From assembly GCF_006345805.1 (NCBI RefSeq), contig NC_043005.1, forward strand, positions 34,100,001 to 34,164,000: a DNA stretch of 64,000 nucleotides, in the 5' to 3' direction. The translations under genes and the position numbers were made by a program. The DNA comes from Octopus sinensis. Taxonomy: Eukaryota. The stretch's first letter is position 1. The number at the start of each line of letters is the position of its first letter. The notes under the pieces were generated by a model that was given only the letters and a program-made list of their open reading frames with translations, was not told the DNA's origin and did no database searches. Below are positions 1-12,174 of the stretch, piece by piece.

Positions 1-656
1 AATTTGTGCAGCTTTCTTACAAGCTGTTTACACCATGCTTATATAGTTCTATGTGAATGCTGTCTTGTCTAAGAGCTTTACCACTGGAAAGTTTTTAATA
101 ATGGTATTTATCTGTCTCTGATAGTTTCTAGATGCTCTAAAAAATCTTTTGTCTATTTCAAACCAATGAGGGAGCCTCTATATAGTTACTCACTCTCCTT
201 GAAAGAGCAAACATATCTCCCTCAAATTACATCTTAACAATATAAAAGGACACATTGTTTAAAGTAGTCTTAGAAAAATAAAAAGACAGATGGTCATGAT
301 TAGAGTGCCATTTATCACAAACCTGTTTGGTCAGGGCTGAGCTAGGGTTAAACACCATCAACCCATTTACATGTGTAAATAGGAAACGTTTTCATTTTGG
401 AATTATTCGCATTAAAAAAGCTTTAAGTATTTCATTTATTGATTTATTTAGGGTTTTGTAACCATGAGGTTTGAAGATCAATCCCATTGCACCCTGGTAA
501 ACAGAAATCTCAAGAAAGCCTGTTATAAATGTACTTATGTGTACATGTATGCACATGTGCATGTGTAGATGCATGCACATATATATGCACATGCACACAC
601 ATGCACGCACATGCAAACACACACAGACACATATGTGCACTCGTGTGCATACAATG

Positions 657-800
657 GATTTCTTTCAGTTTCTGTCTACCAAATCCTCTCACAAGGCTTT
701 GGTCAGCCTAGGGCACTGGTAGCTCAAAGTGCTACACAGTTAGAATGAAACTGAAAGTCTGTGACTGGGAAGTTAACTTAACCACACAGTTATGCCTGCC
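657..800 (-). mobile_element. tRNA-derived SINE (family A), degenerate 5' part
   Basis: Reverse complement resembles the head/body of the family-A copies at 6255-6410, 7625-8050 and 58300-58430 (caaggctttggtcagcc...tttcagtttctgtctaccaaatcc). Confidence 0.6.
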
Positions 801-887
801 TGCCTGCATGCATGCATGCATGCATGTATGTATGTATGTATGTATGTATCTATAGATAGAGAGATAGATGGACAGATAGATAGATAG

Positions 888-984
<97 letters not shown>

Positions 985-1020
985 GTATCTATGTATCTAT
1001 GTATGTATCTATGTTTGTAT
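800..1020. repeat. compound microsatellite (CATG/TATG/GATA/TA/TG)
   Basis: Directly visible tandem 2-4 bp units; explains ORFs 732..1040 and 929..1183. Confidence 0.95.
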
Positions 1021-1539
1021 ACATGCTTGCATGAATGCATTTATTTATGTACGTAAATGTTTATCTTTCTGCAAGTATAAATTTCTAATAAGCTACATAA
1101 AATTCCCATGTATTTCTAACAATGGCCCTATCAAAACATATTTTGTTGTGACACTTGAGTTGTTTCAAATAAAACTGAAATGATAACACAGAATGCAATA
1201 AATTTACTGAACTGTTAAAGCAGCAGACAAAATGCTTCGTTCAATTTATTCTGACTTTACATCCTGTGTCCAGGCATGTGTGGTGTACTTGTCTGTATCT
1301 AGCAGACAAAATGATGTCTTGTAAAAAATATATCTGTGGGAAGGGATATATTATCACAAAGCACTTGAGAAGGAGTTTACCAGTGATCATTAGTCAGCCT
1401 GATAGTGCTTAAAGGAAACTAATTATAAAAAAAAACAGTTTAGCACTTTATAAATACTGATTTCCTCATTAACTCTACTGGATGTTTGGGCTAAATTTGA
1501 TGATCTTTTATGTCCCTTTTTTTTTTTTCAGGAACAGAG

Positions 1540-2337
1540 CATAATGATTAAAGTTGTAGTTGAGAAAAAGTTAGCTGACATGGAGAAATGGAAACCATCT
1601 GAATATTGAAAAAGAGCTACTTGTAGCATGAGGATTCACATTGAACATCGAAATGCTGCTCAATGCTCTGTAAACACTGTAAAGACTGCAATCATGATAT
1701 GGACAACTGCAATGGGGACTATGAAGCTGTGGCCAGCAGGAAGAGACACAACAAGTGTTCTGACTGCATCTGCATGCCAGAATTCATTTCCACATCTTTG
1801 AACAGGGCCTTAGGCTCTATTCAGATGATTATGTGAAGCTGCTGAACACTGTGATCAAACACTGGCTGGAGAGGGTTGCTGCCGGAAAGCCTTATGTGAG
1901 GTAGCAGGATTTGGCTCTTTACCATACCTTCAGAAAGAGTTAGAAGTAGATATCACAGAATTTCTACGACCTCACCAGCCCTAATTTATGGTCTCCTAAT
2001 TCCCCGGTTGTAATCCCATGGATTACTATGTGTGGTGCATGGTTGAGAAAGATACCAGCCACTCTGCCTGCTACACCAAGGCTAAGCTAGTGGCCAAGAT
2101 CAAGGGACTGTTCAAAGATTTTTCCAAGGATACAATGAGAATGCATGTGTCAGGTTCTAGAGCCATTTTCAGGCTGTAGTGGAAGCTGAAGGCATCTAAT
2201 TTGAGTTAGTAAAATGTTATCTTCCAGCCATTATCTAGTTGATACTTAAAAAGTTTTTAAAATATCATTTTTGAGTGTGATATTGTGCTTTGCTTTCCTT
2301 TTATATAAACTATCAAATTTGGCTCAAACACTCTGTA
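1540..2337 (+). mobile_element. Tc1/mariner-superfamily (DD37D/maT-like) transposase relic with 3' TIR
   Basis: Disrupted frames read AAGKPYVR*QDLALYHT...NFYDLTSPNLWSPNSP..NPMDYYVW...AVVEAEG, matching the QQDxAPxH / WPPNSPDxNPxDYxVW motifs; ends in ggctcaaacactctgTA. Confidence 0.8.
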
Positions 2338-3875
2338 ATATCTAATTAGTGTAGATAATCTTATTGCAGGGTTCTAATTACTCAACTTGATATTGGATTT
2401 TACTGATGGTAATTATACAAAGGAATGTTTCTAATTTGGTGTGCTGGTCTTTCTTTAAATAGCACTGGTTTTCTGCTGATACAGTAACTATAACCAATTT
2501 ACAATATTAATTCTGTCACTAAATAATGGTTTCTAATAATTAATTAATAAGATAACAAATAAATTAATTAATTAATTCATTTATTTCTTTATAAGGTGGT
2601 AAAGTGGTAGAGTTAGAAAGAATGCCTTGTATTATTTGTTCTGAACCTCTGTGCTCTGAGATCAAATCCTGCTGAGGTCTACTTTCAAAGTGAATGTATG
2701 AATACCAACCCAGGGCCATAATTAGCAGAATTGTTAGAGAGTCAAGCATAATATTTGGTCCTATCTGTTCTGGTTCTTTGTGTTCTGACAGCAACACTTG
2801 TGGTAGTCTGGTACCAAACACTGCATCAGCCCAAGTCAGCAGCCTTTCATCTATGGAGAGAATTTTTTTTTATTGTGAGCGAGTGTTTGTCTTTTACAAA
2901 AAATTTTGTCCATATACGAAGTGGATCAAAAGTCACACACAATAAGTCCAATACATTCTAGAATTGTCAAAGACATGCTTCAATTTTTCTAATACTAAAT
3001 AGAATAATAATGAATACACACATACATCTCCATGATGGACAAAATGAATAACAATGATAATAATCTACTAGAATAATAGTCTTGTGTTTTTCACAGTCAC
3101 AGCATATGAATGAGAAAGGAAGGGGTGGTAGATGAATAAGGAAGGAAAGATTGATGACAAACTGGTAGTGGGATGATGGAAATTCTACAGTGAAAAAAAA
3201 ATCAAACAGTGAAAAAGGGGATGTATGTGAATGTTTGTGTGTGTGCGCAATGGAAGAGGGATGGGGAACATTCAATGCTGAAAAGAAAAATCAAACAGCA
3301 TTTCAACTCTGTGTATTTGGTATTTACTTGCCAGCTCCCGTATTTAGTCATGGTCAAGAAGGAAGGAACACTTAAAAATTCTTTTGAAGGAAACCAGCAG
3401 TTGAGGGATGTTAGCTGTGGATAGATTTTTCACAAAAAATTTGGTAATAAAAGAATTATTAAACTAAAAACTTGGTTTTGTACCTTATTTATATATATAA
3501 AAAAAACCCACAATTAGCCATCGTTTTTGACAGCATGGGGCCAGCTAGTATAATATAAATAAAATGGCAAATGTTTTGGTGCATGACTTTTGGTCCACTC
3601 TTTTATGTGCAGACTCATGTGTTTCTTCATTTGTGAACAATATTGTCATTGAGTCCAATCACAGTATTTCTGATGGTGAAAGTGACAAAGGAATGTTTCT
3701 AACTTGGTGTGCTGGTCTTTCTTCAAATAGCACTGGTTTTCTGCTGATATTTCCACTGGTTCCCTAGAAGTAGTCAATACCTTTGGTTACTTAGGTGACA
3801 ATGGACTCACAAAGTGATGTTGCGTGATCACAAGCAAACTAACAGGAAAGTTCAAATATGTTTGGGGCATATTTG

Positions 3876-4004
3876 AATCGGTAAGAAAGCCATTCATTGT
3901 GTTTTGCCATGGATAAAATTTCTCACCGTAAACAAATGGTGTAGTGAGATACAGCTACAGCATAAAATTTTCTCAAAACACAGTGAATGGCTTTCTTACA
4001 GATT
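3876..4004. mobile_element. small MITE-like foldback (31-bp inverted repeats)
   Basis: aatcggtaagaaagccattcattgtgttttg (3876-3906) is the reverse complement of 3974-4004 with 2 mismatches. Confidence 0.6.
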
Positions 4005-4759
4005 TATGCACATCACCACTTAGTGCTGCCACCCTGGTAGAGATCATATGTAGAAAGCACACCAGGGAAATAAGCACAAAACCCTATTATTGAAATGTGA
4101 AGTGGGACAAAATATGTTGGCAATTAAAAAAATCAAAAAAATCCCAGAAACATTAATAATTAACATTTTCAAAAAAAAAAAAAAGAAAAGAAATAGTTAA
4201 TTTATGAATTATTAAATTTTTGTAGTTAGCAGTAAGAGCACTTTATGAAATGAAGTCTTTCAACTACTGACAATAATTGCTGTAAGAACCTAGGTAATTA
4301 ATGTAAGACAATTACATTACCTAGGTAACACGATCAGCAGTGAAGGTGAATATAAGAATGACATTACAATATGGAAGACATTTCTAAGTGTTGTTGTATT
4401 GTAGCAGACTTTAAAATGACATTATCAATTTGTAACTCACTATTTTATAAGAGAACAAAGTTATTTACACAATTATAAATGGCTTTTGAATTAGATACAA
4501 ATCAACAGCTTTGAAGGGAGTTAGTCAGTTGATACCATTGACCCTAGTAATTGACTGGTATTTTATTTTATCAATCCTAAAAGGATGAAAGACAAAGTTG
4601 ACCTTGGTGAGATTTGAACACAATATAAAGAGCTGGAGAAAAATACCACCAGGAATTTTATCTGACACCCAGAAAAATATCATACCACATCTTTAAAAAA
4701 AAAAAAAAAGCCAATAACTGTGAGGATTCGTATAAAATTCATTGTGTCATGACAGTCAG

Positions 4760-5520
4760 AAATTCTTTTCATTCACATTGTTCACACAGATTCTTCAGAC
4801 AATATTGATACTCCTTTGTGGGATATTTGACTCATTTTCTTGGAGGCTTACCACAAGAACCCATAATCAGGGCTATTGATACCAGAGTCTGACGCTTTCT
4901 AATAATTCCATTGACCATCCACCTACTTTGGTGGTTAGTTTACTCAAACTCACAGAATGTGGATCTCATGTAGACTGTTGGTGAGAATATCATCATCAGT
5001 GGTGGTCTGATGAACAGTCCATAACTGTGGTGGAAATGGAAGATGAAGCCTTCTCAACCATATCAAGAAGAGCTGCTGTATGGATATGATGATGTGTTGA
5101 GCAGATAGGAGTTACTGAAATATTCCATTAAAGCCCTTCAGTCCTTCAACATTAGGCATATTCCCCATTAGATAACCCATCCGTTACCTTATCTTAGAAT
5201 AGAAAAACCTTGCTATCTAACATACTGCAAAATGTTTCATTTGATAATCAGTCATGTATGCAGTGGTGGTCAGTCTTAACCTTTGAACTGTTCTTCATGT
5301 TCTTTTGTACAGATGGTTGAAACAGCGTTATATGGTCCCAGAAATGCACAAATAGCATTTGGTTATTGCGCCTTTAAAATTGGTCATCACAGTGATGGAA
5401 TCTGGACTGAATCCCAGATTCAGATAATCATAGTAATTCAGTATTTTGTTGAAGAATCCTTCCTTCTAATTTTGAAGAGAGAGAATAGCAGATACACATG
5501 TTGCAAAAGATAATACAAAG
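4760..5520 (-). mobile_element. Mutator-like (MULE) transposase relic
   Basis: Minus-strand pieces NLGFSPDSITVMTNFKGA, CFNHLYKRT*RTVQRLRL, LMEYFSNSY and FPPQLWTVHQTT..TNS occur in the order of MULE motifs (TDFE..., GCxFHLxQxxWRKIQ, LxxYFxxTY, FPPxLWNV...RTNN); many stops and frameshifts. Confidence 0.7.
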
Positions 5521-6213
5521 AAAACTTGAATGATGTGTAATTGCTGAAACAGTCTCAGAGATGTTGCAAAAGAGCCATTCCTAAACCAGATAATATTGCG
5601 AGATAACTATTCATGTGCCTGGTTAGTTGTGAATATATAATTCTCTCTGATACCTCAAGTCTATTGTTATAAATAAGGAAATCCTGGTATTCTGGAATTC
5701 CCATAGTTTTCCATTCATTACTAATATACTGTAATTCTAATCAGGGAGTTGGGTCTTTTGGCAATGATCCTTTCTGTAGATTTCAAACATTACTTTTCAA
5801 AGAGCCAATTGAAGCAAGAACATAACAAACTTCAAGTGGTTGTTAGCATATGATATCAATATGTACAGATGTGACTGTTAGTCAAAACTGCTGTCTTTAT
5901 GATATTTCTTATATTGCCTGTTATGATCTGAACTAAGATTATCTTCAGTCATAGAAAGTTGGTGTTTTACATCCAAATCTATAGGAACTCAACCTTTACA
6001 AGAAATTACATTCCTTTGAGTATTGAGAGATTTCTTGAACACTTCTTTGTATGTTAGTGCCTTTTTGTATGGTTTATGTCCTCCTTTACTGGTCTTAATG
6101 ATCCCCATGGCAGTTGAAGAATTTATGAGTTGCTCAGAGAGTATAAAAAATTTTAAGACATGCACACAAGCACGACACACAGACACACAGACACACAGAC
6201 ACACAGACACACA

Positions 6214-6256
<43 letters not shown>

Positions 6257-7469
6257 TTGAGTGGTTAAGAAGTTTGCTTCCTGACCAGATGGTTTTGAAT
6301 TTAACCCAGCAGCATGGCACTGGGCAAGTGTCTTCTACTGTAATTCTGGACAGACAAAAGCCTTGTGAATGGATTTTGTAGATGGAGAATGAAAAAAGCC
6401 CATTGTATAATGATTTTTCTTGTCACCATGAAAGCAAAGTGGAGCTTATGTTGACATGATTGGTAGCTCTATGCTTTTGAAGACCTGTGGAGTATAAAAT
6501 TTCTTTCTTGAAAAACAGGTGAAGGTTTGTGACAGGAAGAGCTTCCTGCTGCAAAATCCTGCTTCACATAAGTCTCTGTCAAGTTCATGGGAGCATGGAA
6601 AAACAGACATTAAAATGCCACAAAGCTCATTGTATCAATTACTGTATTTGTTAGTGTTTAAGATGCACTAATATTTTACAAATACATTTTGTGGAAAAAA
6701 ACACATTTAGTATTTTTTCTCATGCACTTATAGAAAGATAAACTTTACGTGGTTTTGTAGGGAAAAATATGTATGAATATGTGTATGCAACTACAATATT
6801 GTGGCAGTATACTGGAATAATGTATGAGGCTATAAATTTATAAATAAACTATATTATGGAAGTCCTGTATTTTATCATTATCTTCTTTCAGATCTACTGT
6901 CTAGTTGTTTATAATTTGGGCAAGAGAATTGCCATACAAGATGTAAAACTTGTATTTCTGGTTGTGATATTTTATACAATCATAACAAATCATCAGGGTG
7001 GTGCACATTGTTGTCATCATTCACACATCTTAAGTAGCTGACAGGCAGGTGAAAGTTGAACATTCATTTTATCTTTCTGGGAAAACTTTTCATTTAGATA
7101 ATGGTAACAAAGTTATTAAATAATATGAGACATATCAAGTATTGGTTATTTCTGCTGCAGGAGATATAATGAGATGATGTGACCTCCATGTAAAACTGTT
7201 GACATACTTGTAAGCAATTTTTCCCAAGTTTATGCCAACAAACTGTGGAATTTGATTTATTTTCAATATTTTATTATTAACCCATAAAGTGCCGGGATTT
7301 GTTCTTATATAGCATGGACTGCTGAGCACATTTTATGAAAATGAGTCTACCGTGCACACATAAAAAACAAAAAAATAGTTAAAATATCTTCTTAGTATTA
7401 GCTTGTGAAGTATGAAATTTGTAGAAAAGAAAAAAAGTTTGCTAATGTTTTATAAATACAAGGAATAGT

Positions 7470-7620
7470 TTTATTCATCAAAGTATGCACCCATATTGTC
7501 AATATACTTTTGCCATTTCAGCAGTAGCTTGTCCAGCCCAGAACTATAAAAGCCTGGCAATCTTGAGTCAATAAAATCTTGGAAGGCCTGTTTTAAAGCA
7601 TTGTTGGAATTAAATTTTTT
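7470..7620 (-). mobile_element. mariner transposase C-terminal relic
   Basis: Reads NALKQAFQDFIDSRLPGFYSSGLDKLLLKWQKYIDNMGAYFDE*, the typical mariner C-terminus. Confidence 0.8.
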
Positions 7621-7624
7621 TCCT

Positions 7625-7784
7625 TTCAATAAGTTATCCAAATTCTGGTTCCAGGTTCAGTCTGCATGGCACCCAGGGCAAGTGTCTTCTACTATAGCCT
7701 CAGGCTGACCAAAGCTTTGTGAGTGGATTTGGTAGTTAGAAACTGAAAGAAGCCCCCATCCCTAACCCTAACCCATTGTGTTTG

Positions 7785-7845
<61 letters not shown>

Positions 7846-8050
7846 TGTTTGTGTTTGTCCCCCACTACCACTTGACAGCTTGTGTTGGTGTGTTTACTTC
7901 CCTGTAGCTTAGCAGTTCAGCAAAAGAGACCGATAGAATAAGAACCAGGCTTAACAAAAATAGGTACTGGGGTCAATTCGTTCGACTTCAAAGTAGTTCG
8001 CTAGCATGGCTGCAGTCTAATGACTGGAGCAAGTAAAAGATAAAAGATAA
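7625..8050 (+). mobile_element. tRNA-derived SINE (family A) with internal (TG)n
   Basis: B-box-like ggttcagtc, shared body, and tail ...gcatggctgcagtctaatgactggagcaagtaaaagataaaagata also seen at 19640-19775, 21790-22150 and 63260-63400. Confidence 0.8.
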
Positions 8051-8572
8051 AAAAAGATATTTCCACTAATGAATAAATATTACTTCCATTCTCTCCCCCG
8101 AAGAAACAATTCCCAATAATCCCACCACATGTTTATAAAATGCTGGATGGATTTCAAATGCTATAAAACAGAAACAGATGGCAGAGTGTGATTGCAAGAT
8201 GAGATAAAAAGACACTGGTTCTAAATCACCCCAACGGATAACACAACAAGAAAATGCAGTCAGATATTTTTTTATTTGCACCCAGGAAGAACATACAAAG
8301 GGCTTGTGCAAGTGTCCAAAGGGAAAAAATTAAATGTATCTATACAAAGAACTATTACACAAGGCAAATCTATATTGGGGCTATTTAAAAACAAACAAAT
8401 AAAAAAGGAAACATGTACGATATTTCTAAAACATGCAAAATGTTTTTTTTTCCCTCTATCTCTATCTCTCTTCCCTTCTTTTACCCGCTGTTAGAAGAAG
8501 AAGAAAAATGAAATAGATCATTTTTAATTTTTAAATGACTTTAGATCAACTAATTTAAAAATCTTGAGTTAT

Positions 8573-8620
8573 GTTATCCTGAAGAGTCTAGAAAGAGGAT
8601 GAAATAGTGCTATCCGTGGC
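8573..8620 (+). ncRNA. decayed minimal type I hammerhead ribozyme motif
   Basis: CTGAAGA (8579-85), helix II GTCT/GGAT, GAAA (8601-04), helix III ATAG-TG-CTAT, ATC cleavage triplet; helix I gttat/gtggc mostly G-U with a C-C mismatch at its base. Confidence 0.6.
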
Positions 8621-10802
8621 TATCAGAGACTTTATTTCAAGAATAAATAAAAGAATTATATGGAAATATATGTATGCTCTTTTCATTGTTTGACTATGAT
8701 TTCTCAATATAAGAAAAATAAACTTCTCTCTCCTTAAGTATCAATTCCCTGTAATTCCACCATATTATAACTTCCATTATTTTACATAAAATATATTTTA
8801 TTGAAAAGCTTTAACTAAGGGGTCACTGAATTGTTTCAATGATAGAGGGCTTGTCCTTTGTTGTTTTCCCCCAACAACTATAATCTGCTAAATCAAACTA
8901 CAACTGGTACAACATATCACATTGCTATTAATCCCTGTTTCCTTTTTTTGATAAAGTGACAGCGATTTGTAAGTAATCAAACATTTGTTATAGACAGATA
9001 TTCAACAACAGTCAAATGAGATTAGCTAAGTGACCAAGTAGGGAAGTAGTCTGAATGGTTATTGTTGTTGTTTAGTTCCAAGTCAGCCCTAATTCTGCAG
9101 ATCTATGATTAATGATATTCCAGTTGTGGCCATCCAAACCTTTTTTTTCAGATAGAGTATATCTAGGGTGCCATTATTCAATGTTTTACTCTTTTCTTAA
9201 AAATGTAGGCTGTAATATAAGAGAGGATATGGCTGCTGTTACTTTCAGGTCAAGCAGCCATGTAAAGACTTTCAGTGGTTCATGCCAAAGTGTCATGTTT
9301 TAAAAGCCAACATGAAAATATTGGCACCAGTCAAACTGACTAAATTTATCCAAACACTTTAGTTTCTATTTAGCTATTATTTAAAAGCTGTCAGTTGACA
9401 TTTCTATTAAGTTGACATTTAAAACTACATCTATCTTGATAACAGATCTATAAATTGTGTCTATGTCATTAATATCAGAAAGCCATTTCGATCCGAATTT
9501 TATGATTGCATCTACTTAGTCAAAATCATATCTGTCTAGTTACTTCCATCTTGTGGTTGTAGTTCTTCATGGCTTGTTTGGTAAAGCATCAGGACTTTAC
9601 AGAGTATCCTGTGAGGGTTGCAGCTCAAGTCCTTCAGTGGATGCAGTAATATTTTTCACAGTGAATCAGTAAATGGTTAATTAGAACCTATAATTAATGA
9701 TGCTATTATTCACAATTACTTATCAATCTAAAATAAAATATGCCAATGTTTAAAGGTTGAATTGCTCTAGGTGTTACCCCACTTTCTAACCAGCTTTGAC
9801 TTATATAAACAAATGGATATACCTTCTTACATGATTTAATCAACATTTCTAATGTTTGTGTTTACCGTAGTAACCTTTAAGAGTTGTTACTATCTAACAT
9901 TACTATTATTTAATGTGTACCTGTGTGGGTTTTCACCCTTGCAACCAGAACTGAATGGTACATCTGGAAGTAGTCAATGTGGATGCACGACTGCAATAAT
10001 AGTTTCTGATTTTGAATAAAGTTAATACTTTTGTGAGAAGGTAGCTAGTCATTACCATGGGTTCAACACTTAACTGGAAGAATAAAGAGCAAAGTTAACT
10101 TTGGTGGTGTTATAATCCTTTTAATGTTGGATTATCATAATACCCACTTCAGTATACAGTATACTTAGTAAAACCAGTAAAGACATGACTATATCTGACT
10201 CCCTACTATGTACTCTTGTACTTTGCATACTTCTCTTTATTTAGAGTGATTGGATTATTCCATTTTCATGTGGGATGGGTGTACCATTATTACTAGTTCC
10301 CTACAACCGGTGGGATTTGAACTCAGAATGTACAGACCCAGAACAAATAGTGTGAAGCATTTTTTCCTATGCTTTAATGATTCTGCCTTCTTGTGGCCAT
10401 AGTGATAACACATACAATGATATGATATTCTTAGTTGTAACTAAATAAGCTAAATAAAGCCTGGAAATTTCACATTAGTTAAGATAGTATCTGTTTTTCT
10501 TTTATAACTTTGAAAAGCTCCGATCTATATAAAATAACAATTATATATTTGTAGATTAGGGGCAAATAAATAACTAAAAACTCGTCTGAAATTAATTGGA
10601 AGAGTCATTGCTCAGTCATATTTCTTAGAAATTTTCTGCGAATTGTGATATCATGAATTAGATTTCTTTTTCTAATCTGACAAAGAACAATCTCAGATTG
10701 ACAACTCCCTAGTTTGGAAGTGTAGCAAGAACATCAACTCACTGCTTAGGACCTGAACCTGAAAACACTGTCAGATGTGAAAGTAATTGCAAACACCAAA
10801 AC

Positions 10803-11030
10803 ATTCTTTTCTGCTCTAGGCTCAAGGTCCAACATTTTTTGGGGAGGGGGCCAGTCAATTAGATCGACCCCAGTATGCAACTGGAACTTAATTTATCGCC
10901 CCCCCCCCACTAAATGATGAAAGGCAAAGTCGACCTCGGCGAGATTTGAACTCAGAACATAAAGACAGACGAAATACCACTAAGCATTTCACCCAGTGTG
11001 CTAACGTTTCTGTCAGCTCAGCACCTTCAA
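10803..11030 (-). mobile_element. tRNA-derived SINE (family B)
   Basis: Reverse complement closely matches 62420-62650 and 43365-43595 (gctgacagaaacgttagcac...gttcaaatctcgccgaggtcgactttgcctttcatc). Confidence 0.85.
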
Positions 11031-11287
11031 ACACCAAAACATTGAGAAAAGGATGATACAAACATTTTTAGATTTTAGGGATTTTGATAAATTTCTTCCA
11101 ACCGCTTCAAGTTTTTTAAATTTTCATCTGATTATTTAAGACAAAATGTAGTTCTGATATAGTTCTGCAGGCTGATGATGGAAATTGCACTCATTTTTTT
11201 TAATGAATAATAAAAATGTTACAAGTATCTAAGATTATGTACTTTTAGCCTTTAATGGGTGGTATAAAGTCTCTCTTGGTTTTATAC

Positions 11288-11793
11288 TACTGATCCGACT
11301 CGTGGCCGATGCCAGCACCGCCTCCACTGGCTTCCGTGCCAGTGGCACGTAAAATACACCAATCCGACCGTACGACAGGCACCCATGCCAACCCCCTTTG
11401 CTTGCGAAGACATGTTGGGGCGAGCGAAATTGAAATCGAATTGAACCAGCCAGGATCCCTGGTCTGGTGGTACGTAAAAAGCACTATCCGACTCGTGGCC
11501 GATGCCAGCACCGCCTCGACTGGCTTCCGTGCCGGTGGCACATAAAATACACCAATCCGACCGTGGCTGTTGCCAGCCTCGCCTGGCACCTGTGCAGGTG
11601 GCACGTAAAAAGCACCCACTACACTCACGGAGTGGTTGGCGTTAGGAAGGGCATCCAGCTGTAGAAACATTGCCAGATAAGACTGGAGCCTGGTGCAGCC
11701 TTCTGGCTTCCCAGATCCCCGGTCGAACCGTCTAACCCATGCTAGCATGGAGAACGGACGTTAAACGATGATGATGATGATGATGATGATGAT
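11288..11793 (+). mobile_element. RTE-LINE 3' UTR-derived repeat with (GAT)n tail
   Basis: Ends ...cccatgctagcatggagaacggacgttaaac(gat)n; the same sequence is the 3' end of the RTE fragment at 15510-16730 and recurs at 60495-60725 and 63630-63912. Confidence 0.8.
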
Positions 11794-11801
11794 AACAGTT
11801 G

Positions 11802-12174
11802 TACCATTATACACTATATGCTGCATGTTTACTTGTGGAAATAATATAAGAAACAAACTTTAAAAATAACAGTGAGACTTTATTCCTCTGCAAAGCAGTA
11901 CAGTGAATCAAGAAATAAACATCATGAATTCTGGTGGTTGTAGTTCACCCATCATTTGGACAATTCAGCTCAGATTGTCATTAGTTACATGTGCCCTATT
12001 ATATTAATTTTGCTCTGGTGAATAACGACATGACTTGCTGTCATGAAAATCGCTCACCCCTCTGATCGTATTTGGTTCACTTTAACGGAGGAATAAAGTC
12101 TCGCTGTTATTTTTAAAGTTAGTTTCTTGTATTATTTCCATGATTGAATATGCAAGATATATTGTATAATGGTA
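11802..12174. mobile_element. TA-flanked MITE/foldback, ~100-bp imperfect terminal inverted repeats
   Basis: TA-ccattatac...ggaaataatataagaaacaaactttaaaaataacagtgagactttattcctc pairs with gaggaataaagtctcgctgttatttttaaagttagtttcttgtattatttcc...gtataatgg-TA. Confidence 0.75.

Noticed and set aside
2415-3805. 65-bp duplicated segment (about 2415-2480 and 3687-3750) with two differences that are synonymous in a minus-strand frame (SAENQCYLKKDQHTKLETFLC), suggesting duplicated exons
   Set aside because: The second copy runs straight into LEVVNTFGYLGD on the + strand, an RTE RT motif, and DKGMFLTWCAG parallels the RTE segment preceding it. Two substitutions are too few to show selection; most likely RTE debris.
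4750-4810. Minus-strand CTGAAGA...GAAA with AGAA-T-TTCT hairpin
   Set aside because: Lacks the A15.1-U16.1 pair and NUH site, has no helix I, and lies in the MULE relic.
7153-7215. Apparent exon (ctgcag...gtaagc)
   Set aside because: Stop codons in all three frames.
9570-9645. tRNA-like A-box/B-box segment
   Set aside because: Degenerate B box and no convincing acceptor stem or cloverleaf; at most an old SINE head.
11165-11200. CTGATGA followed closely by GAAA
   Set aside because: No room for helix II and no helix I or III pairing.
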